64,000 nt of DNA from IMG/VR virus record IMGVR_UViG_3300035701_009377, positions 11,408-75,407 of that record; one strand, given 5' to 3'. The notes under the pieces are model-generated. The model searched no databases. It had not been told where the DNA came from and saw only the letters and a list, made by a program, of their open reading frames with translations. Shown piece after piece: positions 1-8,768 of the stretch. This stretch comes from a virus. The stretch's first letter is position 1; each line of letters starts with the position of its first letter. A program made the position numbers and the translations under genes.

Positions 1-124
1 TGCCTAGAAGTTCCAAGGCGGCCAGCCGTGCTGCTACTTCGTTGTCAACCTCGCGTAGGGCCTCAAGCTCGTTTTGACCGCTGATGTCGTCGTCAGGCTG
101 TTCGCGCCAGTCGTTGTCGATCAT
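1..124 (-). CDS. Hypothetical protein, partial (runs off the left edge), MIDNDWREQPDDD...
   Basis: ATG at 124 overlaps the TGA of the upstream gene (ATGA); frame stays open to the window edge. Confidence 0.55.
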   Translation of the reverse strand, partial: MIDNDWREQPDDDISGQNELEALREVDNEVAARLAALELLG

Positions 125-354
125 TCGGTCATCTCCTTTGGCCAGGGCCAGTCGATGATCTCAAGGTCTTCCTCGGTTTCCCATTCCATGAAGGCCACGC
201 GGTCCCAAATGCAGGGGACTTTCTTCGGCCGCTGCTGCGAAGGGTCGGCGGCCTCCAAGGCCGCGAGTCGTTTGCGGATTTCCAATTCATCCGCTCTTAC
301 TGAGTCGAAGTCGCTGCACATCTCAAAGATCAGGTCGTCTACGTTGCGATTCAT
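121..354 (-). CDS. Small acidic hypothetical protein (MNRNVDDLIFEM...)
   Basis: ATG overlaps the methylase stop (TAATG); GGAG upstream. Confidence 0.6.
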   Translation of the reverse strand: MNRNVDDLIFEMCSDFDSVRADELEIRKRLAALEAADPSQQRPKKVPCIWDRVAFMEWETEEDLEIIDWPWPKEMTE

Positions 355-1628
355 TACTCCGTCTCCCAGATCGCGCGGTGGATATATTGGCTTCGTACCA
401 TGCCGTGTTCCTCCGCGATCTTGGCGCAATAGCCGGCGTCGAGTTCGATCAGCGTGCAAGGGTTGCCAGTGCGTTTACACACCCTGAGCGTCGTGCCCGT
501 GCCGCCGAAGGGGTCCAAGACAGATTCGCCCTCCGGCGTAGTGAGCCTGACGCAACGCTCGATCAGGCCCTCGTTGAGTTGCGTCGGATGCCAGGGCCGT
601 CGCTGCTTGGAGTTGCCAGTCACGCGAGGGAAGTTGAAGACATCGCTCATTGCCAACTCACCCGTGACATGCCGCCATGTCTTCCGATCCTTGATGGCCC
701 GGATGTTGGCTTCCGTGACACCGTATTGTCGAGCAAGGCAGGTCGGGGTATCGGGTGACTGGTAAATGCGAACGACATCTTCGGTGGTCAACTTTGCCAA
801 TCCATTGTTCTCACCGTTTGGATGGTTCCCTCTCCGCTTGCTTTCTTTATCGCGGTTGTTGTCGTCATCAGTTCCGATGAATAGATGGTTCGGGTTGCAG
901 CAACCAGGGTTATCGCAGGCGTGCAACACGAGTTGACCGATGGGGTCAACTCCGTGCGTCAGCCGCCACATGAGGCGCGTGGCAACGTATAGTTGCTCAC
1001 CGACGCGGAAACGGCCGTAACCTGCGCGCTTACCGGCTGTCCATTCCCAACAATCCGTTTCACTGCGGCGGTCGATCTTTGCCAAAAAGCGTTCAACGTC
1101 TTGCGTGGTCCAATTCGGCAGCGGCAACGTGTCACGCTCGCCATACTCGAAATGAGCCACGTCGCCGGGCACCCGGCCGCGAGGATCGGCTCGCTTATCG
1201 CCGTTCTCTTGCCGCCAACTTGGGATGCGAATGGCGTCGGGGCACAACGGGGCTTCGGACCAGCGCAGCCGGAGCAGCGGCCGATGGTTGTTTCCCAGGT
1301 CATGGTGGCAATGCTGCCCGAATGTGAAGGTCTGGACGCACGGCTTGGCTTCCAGTCCGCTGGTGCGCCGGACCATTTCGGTCACGATCCGGCCGACCTC
1401 GAAGGTCCAGCGGGCGTTGTAGCTGAACCAGACGGTTTTGGCTTTGTGGATGAATAGATGAAGCCAGGTTTCGAGCAGATCGACGTACTGATGGTCAGGC
1501 AACTTGTCCTTGTAGGTCTGGTAGCCCAGGCCGATGTTATCGGGCGGGTCCGAAAAAATCGTGCAGAACACCTGTGGGGTTCCGTTGAGATAGTCGAGAC
1601 AATTGGCGTTAATCAGGATGTGCTTCAT
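354..1628 (-). CDS. N4/N6 DNA methyltransferase (beta class) with an in-frame HNH endonuclease domain
   Basis: Start MKHILIN at 1628 (ATGA overlap); SDPPDN motif IV variant, HPTQ, VLDPFGGTGTT SAM-binding motif; internal CWEW..GYG..H.CDN..CCNP.HL...N HNH domain. Confidence 0.85.
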   Translation of the reverse strand: MKHILINANCLDYLNGTPQVFCTIFSDPPDNIGLGYQTYKDKLPDHQYVDLLETWLHLFIHKAKTVWFSYNARWTFEVGRIVTEMVRRTSGLEAKPCVQTFTFGQHCHHDLGNNHRPLLRLRWSEAPLCPDAIRIPSWRQENGDKRADPRGRVPGDVAHFEYGERDTLPLPNWTTQDVERFLAKIDRRSETDCWEWTAGKRAGYGRFRVGEQLYVATRLMWRLTHGVDPIGQLVLHACDNPGCCNPNHLFIGTDDDNNRDKESKRRGNHPNGENNGLAKLTTEDVVRIYQSPDTPTCLARQYGVTEANIRAIKDRKTWRHVTGELAMSDVFNFPRVTGNSKQRRPWHPTQLNEGLIERCVRLTTPEGESVLDPFGGTGTTLRVCKRTGNPCTLIELDAGYCAKIAEEHGMVRSQYIHRAIWETE

Positions 1629-1897
1629 TGCTGCCTCGGGTTGCTGCCGCTGTGGCCGCGCTTGGCGACCACGACGTAGGTGCCGATCCAGCCGCCGAGG
1701 ATGTACGCGGCCACAGCCAAGAAGCACTTCTCGACGATCAGCACTGTGGAGACGATGGTGCAAAGGTAGAGGACGGCACTCAGGTTCGCGGCGGCCATTG
1801 GTCGCCGTTGCATCACGGCGTTGACACAGCACGTCCACACCCAGTCCATTGCGAACCCGCAGGCGAAGGCACCCAGGAGCACTGTTACACTTGTCAT
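1625..1897 (-). CDS. Small multi-pass membrane protein
   Basis: About 3 hydrophobic segments; translationally coupled on both sides. Confidence 0.65.
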   Translation of the reverse strand: MTSVTVLLGAFACGFAMDWVWTCCVNAVMQRRPMAAANLSAVLYLCTIVSTVLIVEKCFLAVAAYILGGWIGTYVVVAKRGHSGSNPRQQ

Positions 1898-2127
1898 GCT
1901 TCTTTCTCTTTCCGAATGGCCGCGGGGCGCAAAGCGACGGTGATGATCGGCACCAGATCGTCGGGGCCGAGCTGGTCGGCTTCCGAGACGTACACCAGGT
2001 CGATAGCCGCCTGGGGAACGCCGAACTTGTTGACTACTTCTTCAAGCCGCTTGAAGGCTTCGACAAAATGCTCGGGATTGAGCGTCGATTGGCGCAATCG
2101 ACGCAGGGATTCCTCGTAGACTTGCAT
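1894..2127 (-). CDS. Hypothetical protein
   Basis: Fills the operon gap; stop overlaps the next ATG; start uncertain. Confidence 0.5.
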   Translation of the reverse strand: MQVYEESLRRLRQSTLNPEHFVEAFKRLEEVVNKFGVPQAAIDLVYVSEADQLGPDDLVPIITVALRPAAIRKEKEA

Positions 2128-2152
2128 TTGTGGCACGTCTTGGACTGCTGAA

Positions 2153-3145
2153 TCAAAAGAACGCGGGACGAGTGACCTTGTTGAACCACTGGTCCAGTTC
2201 GGTGTTGCCATCCAGGCCCACGGCCGTCTCTTCCAGGACTTGGCAGCGGGCGTCGGATTCCTCGCGGGTCATGGCCATGAAGACGTGGCCGCTGGTGATG
2301 GCCTGCCAGCAGCGGGCGACCCGTTCCAGGAGCTTCATCTGGTAGTCGCCCTTGACCCGGCCGCGATGGTTAGCGACCCGCAGGAGCGGCCTGGCCTCGG
2401 CGGGCTTGGCGACGATTTCCTCAATCATGCAGACCACGTTCTCGTCGCCTGGCTTCTCGCCCAGCAGCCAGCCGTAGAGGCAAAGCTGGTCGGCGTACTC
2501 GTCGCTGCACGTTTCCAGGTAGCCAGCGTTGATCGTCAGCCCGCGATGGTCCATCGGCAGATAGGAAGCGTGCTCTTTGCCGTGACTGCGGCTGGGCTTG
2601 TCGCCGTTGTAGGCATCGCGGCAGAGCATGTAGCCCTTCGACGGGCTGGCCCCGTGCTTGGAGCAGTAGCCCCGGACCTTCCAATCAAGGATGCAATGGA
2701 CCGGTCCCTGGCCGAAGTCGAGCACGAACCGGCAGTCCGGTTTGCCGGTGAAGGGAGCACCCGCGATGGTGCCGTCCAGCTTGAACTCGAAGCGGGGCCG
2801 CTCAACGGACGCCCGGAGCAGGGCGAGCAAGTCGTCGTAGGCGCCAGTCAGCTTGTAGCACTCGAAGACGTGCTGCCCGGCCTCCAAAGCGAAGTCCCGG
2901 CATTGTGGCTCCACTTGGGACTCGAAGATGGCGGCAAACTCGAATTGCGGATCGGTGCCAACGCCGAACAGGGCCTCGTGCAAGGCGGCCTTCACGCGGG
3001 CGTCGAAGCTGGCACCCACGGCCATCGGCGGTTCCTGCGGCAGCCGAGGGGCCGGCCTTTCAGCCAGATAGCGGATGTAGAACTCTTCGGGGTTCTTCTC
3101 GAAGAGCGACAGCGACGAATAGCTGAGCGAGCGCGGGGTTCTCAT
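2153..3145 (-). CDS. PD-(D/E)XK exonuclease (RecB/Cas4-like phage recombination nuclease)
   Basis: LSYSSL N-terminus, GKPD...ILDWK, QL.LY motifs. Confidence 0.8.
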   Translation of the reverse strand: MRTPRSLSYSSLSLFEKNPEEFYIRYLAERPAPRLPQEPPMAVGASFDARVKAALHEALFGVGTDPQFEFAAIFESQVEPQCRDFALEAGQHVFECYKLTGAYDDLLALLRASVERPRFEFKLDGTIAGAPFTGKPDCRFVLDFGQGPVHCILDWKVRGYCSKHGASPSKGYMLCRDAYNGDKPSRSHGKEHASYLPMDHRGLTINAGYLETCSDEYADQLCLYGWLLGEKPGDENVVCMIEEIVAKPAEARPLLRVANHRGRVKGDYQMKLLERVARCWQAITSGHVFMAMTREESDARCQVLEETAVGLDGNTELDQWFNKVTRPAFF

Positions 3146-3148
3146 GGT

Positions 3149-3439
3149 CTACCTTCGGCGGAAGAAGCGGCGATAGCAGGACTGATAGCAAGGCGAACAC
3201 GATGGCATAGTGGCTGACGCCTCGGGCGTCGGCTTGGCCGCAGGTTTTGCCGGCTCGGTGGGGAGCGGTGCAACCGGGAGCCGTGCGACAGGCGGTGCTG
3301 ACACCGCTTCGGCGGCCACTTCAAGGGCAACCGGCATGGTGACGACGACCGGCACGGGCGCGGCCTCGTCCACCTTGTTCGGCGGCGGCGTATAGACACA
3401 GCCGCAGATCAGAACGACAAATATGATCAGGTAACGCAT
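3149..3439 (-). CDS. Pro/Ala-rich lipoprotein
   Basis: MRYLIIFVVLICGC signal peptide and lipobox; Pro-rich body; C-terminal CSPCYQSC. Confidence 0.6.
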   Translation of the reverse strand: MRYLIIFVVLICGCVYTPPPNKVDEAAPVPVVVTMPVALEVAAEAVSAPPVARLPVAPLPTEPAKPAAKPTPEASATMPSCSPCYQSCYRRFFRRR

Positions 3440-3633
3440 GGCTGTTCCCTCGGGTCCAGTGGATCGTGGCCGAGAATCTTGGCAACGACCACTTGCCGCC
3501 GTAGTTCCGGCGGCAGGGCGGCCAGGGTCTTGATCTTTCCCAGACAGCACTTCTTGGCTTTCTTGCCGCTGCCGCACGGGCACTTCTCGTTGCGCCGCGG
3601 CAGTTTCTCGCATCGGATCGGTTGCGGCTTCAT
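3427..3633 (-). CDS. SEC-C motif zinc-binding protein
   Basis: RNEKCPCGSGKKAKKCC. Confidence 0.85.
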   Translation of the reverse strand: MKPQPIRCEKLPRRNEKCPCGSGKKAKKCCLGKIKTLAALPPELRRQVVVAKILGHDPLDPREQPCVT

Positions 3634-3637
3634 GGTT

Positions 3638-3853
3638 TCAGTTCGCCTTGCCGTAAGGAATCTGGTGCCAGATTCGTTCGTGGTAATAGAAGAGGACCAG
3701 CTTCACGACGAAGCAGATGGCCGTGAACACGGCGCAGCCTCCGACGTTGCCGAATGTGGCGTAAGCCAATACGAAGCAGACGAGGTTGCTGAATGTCTCC
3801 CAACTGACGGCCTTCGCAAACGACCGCTTGGGAGTGCTCGGGTCCGGTCTCAT
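3638..3853 (-). CDS. DUF2061-like small membrane protein
   Basis: RSFAKAVSW...LFYYHERIW pattern; start MRPDP with ATGA overlap. Confidence 0.75.
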   Translation of the reverse strand: MRPDPSTPKRSFAKAVSWETFSNLVCFVLAYATFGNVGGCAVFTAICFVVKLVLFYYHERIWHQIPYGKAN

Positions 3854-4407
3854 CCCTGGTACTCCCCGGTGAAGTTGAAGAAGTACCAACGATTGAGTCG
3901 GTCAATTACGGGATCATGCGCGATGTGCCGTAGGTAAGCGTGGACTTCCTTCCATGTCGAGAAGATCATCTCGAACGGCAGCGTGCCGAACAGCCAATCT
4001 GGACAGTGTTCCTTGCCCTGCGTAATCCGCACGAGGACCGGCTTCTTCATGCGGTTTGCCCAGAACAGTTCCTCGTAAGTGCCGGTCGCGTGGACTTGCA
4101 GGTCGATGTTCACCACGAGGAAGTCGCAGATGTCCACCATCCGCAGATCGACCGGGCGAATCTGTTTCATCTGTTCGCGGACAAACTGAAAATCACCGTG
4201 TTCCTTTGCCTTCTTGCGAAGCTGACGGTTCTCCAAGTCTTCAACGCCAATATCGATGGGCTTGCACGTCGGATCGAGCCAGATAATCTTGAGGTCTTTG
4301 AGGGCTGTCTTGATGTGCTCGCGCCAGCCGACCCCGCCATCCTTCACGCGGTCCATTGCACCACACAGATACCCTCGGTTCAGGGCCAGTCGGTTGAGTC
4401 TTGTCAT
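3850..4407 (-). CDS. Nucleoside 2-deoxyribosyltransferase-like / dNMP N-glycosidase
   Basis: YLCGAM, DLRMVDICDFLVV and GTYEEL motifs of the NDT fold. Confidence 0.8.
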   Translation of the reverse strand: MTRLNRLALNRGYLCGAMDRVKDGGVGWREHIKTALKDLKIIWLDPTCKPIDIGVEDLENRQLRKKAKEHGDFQFVREQMKQIRPVDLRMVDICDFLVVNIDLQVHATGTYEELFWANRMKKPVLVRITQGKEHCPDWLFGTLPFEMIFSTWKEVHAYLRHIAHDPVIDRLNRWYFFNFTGEYQG

Positions 4408-5051
4408 GGCAGCAGCCCCCGGTAGGTGGACGCGCCGAGGCGGGTGCAGCCCAAGTCCAAATACAAGGCGGCGTCGGCGTAGGTCTTAATTCCTCCGCTG
4501 GCTTTCACCCCTGCCTTGCCATCGACGGCTTCCAAAATGGCCTTGACCGCTTCGAGCGTGGCCCCGCCGGGGCCGAAGCCGGTGGATGTCTTCACGAAGT
4601 CCACGCCGCTTTCGACGCAGAGGCGGCACGCCTCGTGAATCTGCTCCGGCGTGTAGTGGGCCGTCTCTAAGATGGCTTTCACGAGCACGCCGCGAGGATG
4701 GGCAGCCTTGACGATGTTGGCGATGTCCCAGAAGGCGTCATGCCGGCCGCCATCGAGAAACCGGCCGTAGTTGACCACTACATCGAGTTCCTTCGCCCCG
4801 CAGTCCATCGCCACCACGGCCTCGGCGTACTTGGCCTCGGGCAGCGTGTTTCCGTGGGGAAAAGCAATCACCGCGCAGATGTTGCGGTACAGACCGCTCG
4901 CCATCGGCACCCAGGCTGGCGCAACGCAAACCGCCTTGACCTTGCCGGCCACCGCCAAGGCGCAGGCGGCGCGCACGTCGGCGGCCGTGGCAGTCGGCTT
5001 GAGGACAGCCAAGTCCAGGGCGGCGGCAATCTGTTCCTTCGTGTAGCTCAT
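4404..5051 (-). CDS. deoC: Deoxyribose-phosphate aldolase
   Basis: IAFPHG, GAKELDVV, KAILET, FVKTSTGF (Schiff-base Lys), VKASGGI, RLGAS. Confidence 0.95.
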   Translation of the reverse strand: MSYTKEQIAAALDLAVLKPTATAADVRAACALAVAGKVKAVCVAPAWVPMASGLYRNICAVIAFPHGNTLPEAKYAEAVVAMDCGAKELDVVVNYGRFLDGGRHDAFWDIANIVKAAHPRGVLVKAILETAHYTPEQIHEACRLCVESGVDFVKTSTGFGPGGATLEAVKAILEAVDGKAGVKASGGIKTYADAALYLDLGCTRLGASTYRGLLP

Positions 5052-6433
5052 AAGGTTCTCGATTCCAAGCGGGCGGCCGTGATGTCACAGTTGTGGGCAT
5101 CCAGCTCGACGCCGATGCAGGGACGACCCAGTTTCTTTGCGGCGATGAGGGTTGTCCCACTGCCGGCGAAGGGGTCCAGAATGACGCCGCCGGTCGGCGT
5201 GGAGAGCAGCGTCAGCAGATAGCCCATCAAGTCGAGCGGCTTGACCGTGGGATGGTCGTTGCCCAGGCCGCGCTCCTTCTTTGTCGACTTGCCGCAGTAG
5301 AAGAACCGAGATGCCCCGCCGGAGTCGCCGAAGGTGCCGGTGGCCGAGGCCGTGTCCGGGAAACCTCCGTGATAGCCGCCCTCTCCCTTGCTGCGGTTGC
5401 GCTGCTGGCCGGCCTTCATCTTGCCGCTGGTGAGCGTGCCAGTCTGGGCGTCCAGCCTTCCCACCGGACAGTCGGGATGGCATTCGTAGACGGGCACGAC
5501 CTCATTGCCGTAGACGCGAGCATTTGGCTCGCCATCGCCAGAGTCCGCGCCCACGTTGCCGAACCCGCCGGGCCGGCGGCCGGCGCAGTTGCCCCGCGGA
5601 TCGCCGCGCAGGACCGTCGTACCGACTTGCCGGCACTCGGGATGGTGCTCCAAGAGCAGGTTCGCCGGCCAGCGGCCGAGGGGAAATACGCGTTCTGCGA
5701 CGCTGCGGGTCTCTTCGTACTCGGTGGCGTGCCAGGGGCCGGCTTTTCCCTTCCCTGACGAAAGCCACTTCTCGCCGTACTCGGCGGCATAGTCGCATGG
5801 TATCCGGCAGGCGTCGATGTTCATGCCGGCGACGCCGTGGCGTTGAGCGTTCTGTGCAAAGGTGCCATCGAGCGGCTTCATCGCCAGGACGATCGGTTCC
5901 CAGGCGGGCTTCAGGGAGGAGCCCCAGCCGTTCCAGCGATTGGCAACTTCGGTGGCCGGAATGGTGTCGAGGATTTCGACATTGCCGGCCTTGCCGTGTC
6001 GCTGCCGGTTCTGGTAGCTGTCGCCGCGGATGTCCGGCTGCGTGCGTCTGCCAACCACCTCCCGCTCTGCCCCTGCCGCCTTGTCGAGGGCCTTGGAGAT
6101 GTCCAGCGATTTCGGGAATCCCTGGCCATAGAGCCACATCAAGCAGTCACGGATTTCCCAGCCGGCATCCTCGATGGCATCGACGAGCCGGTGCCAGGTC
6201 CGCGTGCCGCCAAAGGCCAGCAGCATTGCGCCGGGCTTGCACACGCCGGCAATCGCCTTCCAGTAAGGCGGGCCGGGAACATCGAAATCCCAGTCCTTTT
6301 CCATGAAGCCCAGGCCGTAGGGCGGATCGGTGACAACGAAGTCCACCGTGTTCGGCTGCATCGCTTGGGGCAGCACCTCCCGCAGGTCGCCGTGGTAAAG
6401 CGTGATGTCGTTTTTCTCGTAGTAAGGCTGCAT
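5048..6433 (-). CDS. N4/N6 DNA methyltransferase (beta class)
   Basis: TDPPY, LKPAWEP, GRWPAN, HPTVKP, LDPFAGSGTT. Confidence 0.92.
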   Translation of the reverse strand: MQPYYEKNDITLYHGDLREVLPQAMQPNTVDFVVTDPPYGLGFMEKDWDFDVPGPPYWKAIAGVCKPGAMLLAFGGTRTWHRLVDAIEDAGWEIRDCLMWLYGQGFPKSLDISKALDKAAGAEREVVGRRTQPDIRGDSYQNRQRHGKAGNVEILDTIPATEVANRWNGWGSSLKPAWEPIVLAMKPLDGTFAQNAQRHGVAGMNIDACRIPCDYAAEYGEKWLSSGKGKAGPWHATEYEETRSVAERVFPLGRWPANLLLEHHPECRQVGTTVLRGDPRGNCAGRRPGGFGNVGADSGDGEPNARVYGNEVVPVYECHPDCPVGRLDAQTGTLTSGKMKAGQQRNRSKGEGGYHGGFPDTASATGTFGDSGGASRFFYCGKSTKKERGLGNDHPTVKPLDLMGYLLTLLSTPTGGVILDPFAGSGTTLIAAKKLGRPCIGVELDAHNCDITAARLESRTL

Positions 6434-6555
6434 GGGCGCGTAGCGCGAGACAGTTGTTGATAAGTGGGCCGTGACCGACTGGCGGAGCGGCCGGGCGGTC
6501 TTACGTGGATTCGCAGGCTTCCCCGAAGCGGGGGACGATCATCTCGGATGTGTCT

Positions 6556-7062
6556 TCATCGGTGCCTCGCGGTTGTTGTGCAGTACGCGCCTTTCAATGG
6601 GCACTGCAGCAGCAGTTGTGCGTTCTTCTCGCCGTAGGCCAGCAACACGGATGGCCCGCCGGAGTTGCCCTTGGCCCTGGTTCCGTCGAATTGGTAAAAG
6701 TGCAACCGACCTTCGAGAAACAGGGCTCCGGTGACCTTTCCCCACACATGCTCGAAGAACATCGCCGTCTCGGTCCGGGCGAAGACCAGAGCGATGCCAT
6801 TGCCGTGCTGACTGAGGCGTTCCAGCCACAGCCCCGTCTGCTGACCGTAGGGGGCGTTCAGCCATAAACGCCCAAACCACGGCAGTGCGAGACCATCTTG
6901 CGGCGGGGAGTATTGATGCCTCGCCGTGGGCCACGGCTGGCCCGGTGCGGCACAAGGGTCAAGATCGAACGGCCCCAGCGCCTGGATGATCTCCGGCGGC
7001 GTCAGCCAGCAGTCGGTCTTTCCTCGGAAGGCACGGGTGTGGCTTCCGATGCCGGTCGTCAT
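6556..7062 (-). CDS. Phage-type N6-adenine DNA methyltransferase
   Basis: WLTPP, FDLDPCA, DGL..W, LWLNAPY (NPPY variant), ARTET, GRL.F. Confidence 0.85.
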   Translation of the reverse strand: MTTGIGSHTRAFRGKTDCWLTPPEIIQALGPFDLDPCAAPGQPWPTARHQYSPPQDGLALPWFGRLWLNAPYGQQTGLWLERLSQHGNGIALVFARTETAMFFEHVWGKVTGALFLEGRLHFYQFDGTRAKGNSGGPSVLLAYGEKNAQLLLQCPLKGAYCTTTARHR

Positions 7063-7132
7063 TCCACGTTCCTCTGGATGCAGGGGTGTTCGGCCGGGAA
7101 AAGGTGATTGGCGAAGTCGGCGGTGTAGGCCA

Positions 7133-7279
7133 TTACATGCCTTTCGATGCTTTCCAGCCGAAAAAGCAGACGGCGGCCAGTCCCAGGACCATGACGACGG
7201 CGGCTATCGGCGGCGCGGTGATGGTGATGACGACTCCGGCCACGATGCCGGCGATGGTAATGGTGACGGCTTGGCTCAT
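7133..7279 (-). CDS. Small two-TM membrane peptide
   Basis: 48 aa, hydrophobic; TAATG coupling with the upstream gene. Confidence 0.5.
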   Translation of the reverse strand: MSQAVTITIAGIVAGVVITITAPPIAAVVMVLGLAAVCFFGWKASKGM

Positions 7280-8001
7280 TACTCTCCTTTCATGCGTTTG
7301 ATGGTTTGCAGGTAATACGTCTCGCAATTGCGGCAGAGCCGGCAGTACGATCCTTCCAGACTTCCGCAGTAGGAAACGAGCCGATTGCCCCTGAACAGGC
7401 CCATGACGTAGCGGATGAAGCCGGCGGTCGGACACCAGTACGAGTTGATGTGTCGCACCCGCCACTCGTAGCACGGGCCGCCCACGGACGTGGCGACTTC
7501 CTCGGGGACTTTCGGCTCGCGGTCGTAATAGGCCATGAACGTGAGCACCACGGGCACGAGCCAATCGGACCAGCGGGAAACCTGTTTGCGGATCAGGTTG
7601 AGATTGGTAGCCGAGACCCGTAGGCGAGCGAACGTCAGATTGTCAGGTGGTTTGATTCCGTATGGGTCGGCCCCCATCTCCTCTTCCTGGGGATTCGCTG
7701 TCAGCACAACGGGAGCCGGAAAAGCGAACGTCGGGATCGAGGTGTTGAAGAAGCGGCGCGGATACTTGGCCGTGGCCGCAATCACTTCGTCCCGGCCGAT
7801 GTTGCTGTCGTGGCCGCAGTTGACCCGCACGATGCCATCGCCCACCTCCTCGGGATCGGGCATGTGCGGCTTGTGGATGTCCACGTAGAAAGCGCCTTCC
7901 CGATTGTAGAAGCACTGATTGCAGCCAATCGGACACGGCCCGGTTTGCGGCTTGCAGTCGAAGAGGTTGCTGCCCTCTTGCTTTGGGTTTCGTTTGGTCA
8001 T
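7279..8001 (-). CDS. Short radical SAM-like Fe-S protein
   Basis: CPIGCNQC (CxxxCxxC) near the N-terminus; second Cys cluster C...CRLCRNC at the C-terminus. Confidence 0.7.
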   Translation of the reverse strand: MTKRNPKQEGSNLFDCKPQTGPCPIGCNQCFYNREGAFYVDIHKPHMPDPEEVGDGIVRVNCGHDSNIGRDEVIAATAKYPRRFFNTSIPTFAFPAPVVLTANPQEEEMGADPYGIKPPDNLTFARLRVSATNLNLIRKQVSRWSDWLVPVVLTFMAYYDREPKVPEEVATSVGGPCYEWRVRHINSYWCPTAGFIRYVMGLFRGNRLVSYCGSLEGSYCRLCRNCETYYLQTIKRMKGE

Positions 8002-8003
8002 GG

Positions 8004-8768
8004 TCAGAAGTTCGTGAATAGGACTTCGGTTTTCGTTTTGCCCCGGTAGTTGTGCCGTCCGGTTCCGGCGCGGCTGGCGGTCACGCGGTCGATGCGGTTC
8101 CAGCCGCGGTAGAACTCTGCGGCGTCGGGGTACTCGGAGACAACCACCTTGGCTTTGGCCGAGTGCAGCAGTTCCACCATCGCCGGATAGTCGATGCGGT
8201 AGCGGTACTCGTTTTCGTGTCCCAGATACGGTGGGTCCATGTACAAAAGGCAGGTGGGGTCGTGGTACACCCGCTCGATGGCAACCAAGGCATCCTCGTG
8301 AAGCAACTGGACCCCTCGCAGCCGGTTAGCGGCAGGCAGTATCCGGCGGAACCAGTCGGCCCAAACCTCGGGCTTCGGCTTGTGCGGGGCCGGGCACTTG
8401 TCGAGCGACCAGGTGGACGAGTTGCCGTTCCCGCAATAGAACTGTGCTCCCTGGGCCATTAGCAGCACAGCCTGGTCGATGTCACCCACGGGCTGGTCCC
8501 GCCAGTTGGCGGCCGTGTATGGCGTTGCCCAAAGCAGAGCGGCCAGTTGCTCTGGCTGCGACTTGATCGCGCGCCACATACTCGCAATCGCCTCATCCAG
8601 ATCGTTGATGATCTCGACGAATGAACGGGGCTTGGCGAGCAATACGGCGGCAGACCCAGCAGCCGGCTCCATGTAGACCCGGTGTGGCGGGAAGTGCGAG
8701 ACGATCCATTTGGCGATGGACGCCTTGCCGCCGTACTGACGATAGATGATCTTGGGCATCGCGGTCAC
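8004..8768 (-). CDS. Dam-like (D12 class) N6-adenine DNA methyltransferase
   Basis: YGGK, EPAAGSAAV, EIINDLD, YMDPPY, EVLFTNF. Confidence 0.92.
   Translation of the reverse strand: MTAMPKIIYRQYGGKASIAKWIVSHFPPHRVYMEPAAGSAAVLLAKPRSFVEIINDLDEAIASMWRAIKSQPEQLAALLWATPYTAANWRDQPVGDIDQAVLLMAQGAQFYCGNGNSSTWSLDKCPAPHKPKPEVWADWFRRILPAANRLRGVQLLHEDALVAIERVYHDPTCLLYMDPPYLGHENEYRYRIDYPAMVELLHSAKAKVVVSEYPDAAEFYRGWNRIDRVTASRAGTGRHNYRGKTKTEVLFTNF

Noticed and set aside
967-976. Fourth copy of the promoter motif (CACATGAGGC)
   Set aside because: Only a 10-nt partial match inside coding sequence, without the TTCCAAAG box
650-1160. Intein or group I intron in the methyltransferase
   Set aside because: No splice-junction residues and the insertion is fully coding with no room for a ribozyme core
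2153-3145. Cas4 as part of a CRISPR adaptation module
   Set aside because: Lacks the four-Cys cluster pattern and any cas context; better explained as a phage PD-(D/E)XK exonuclease
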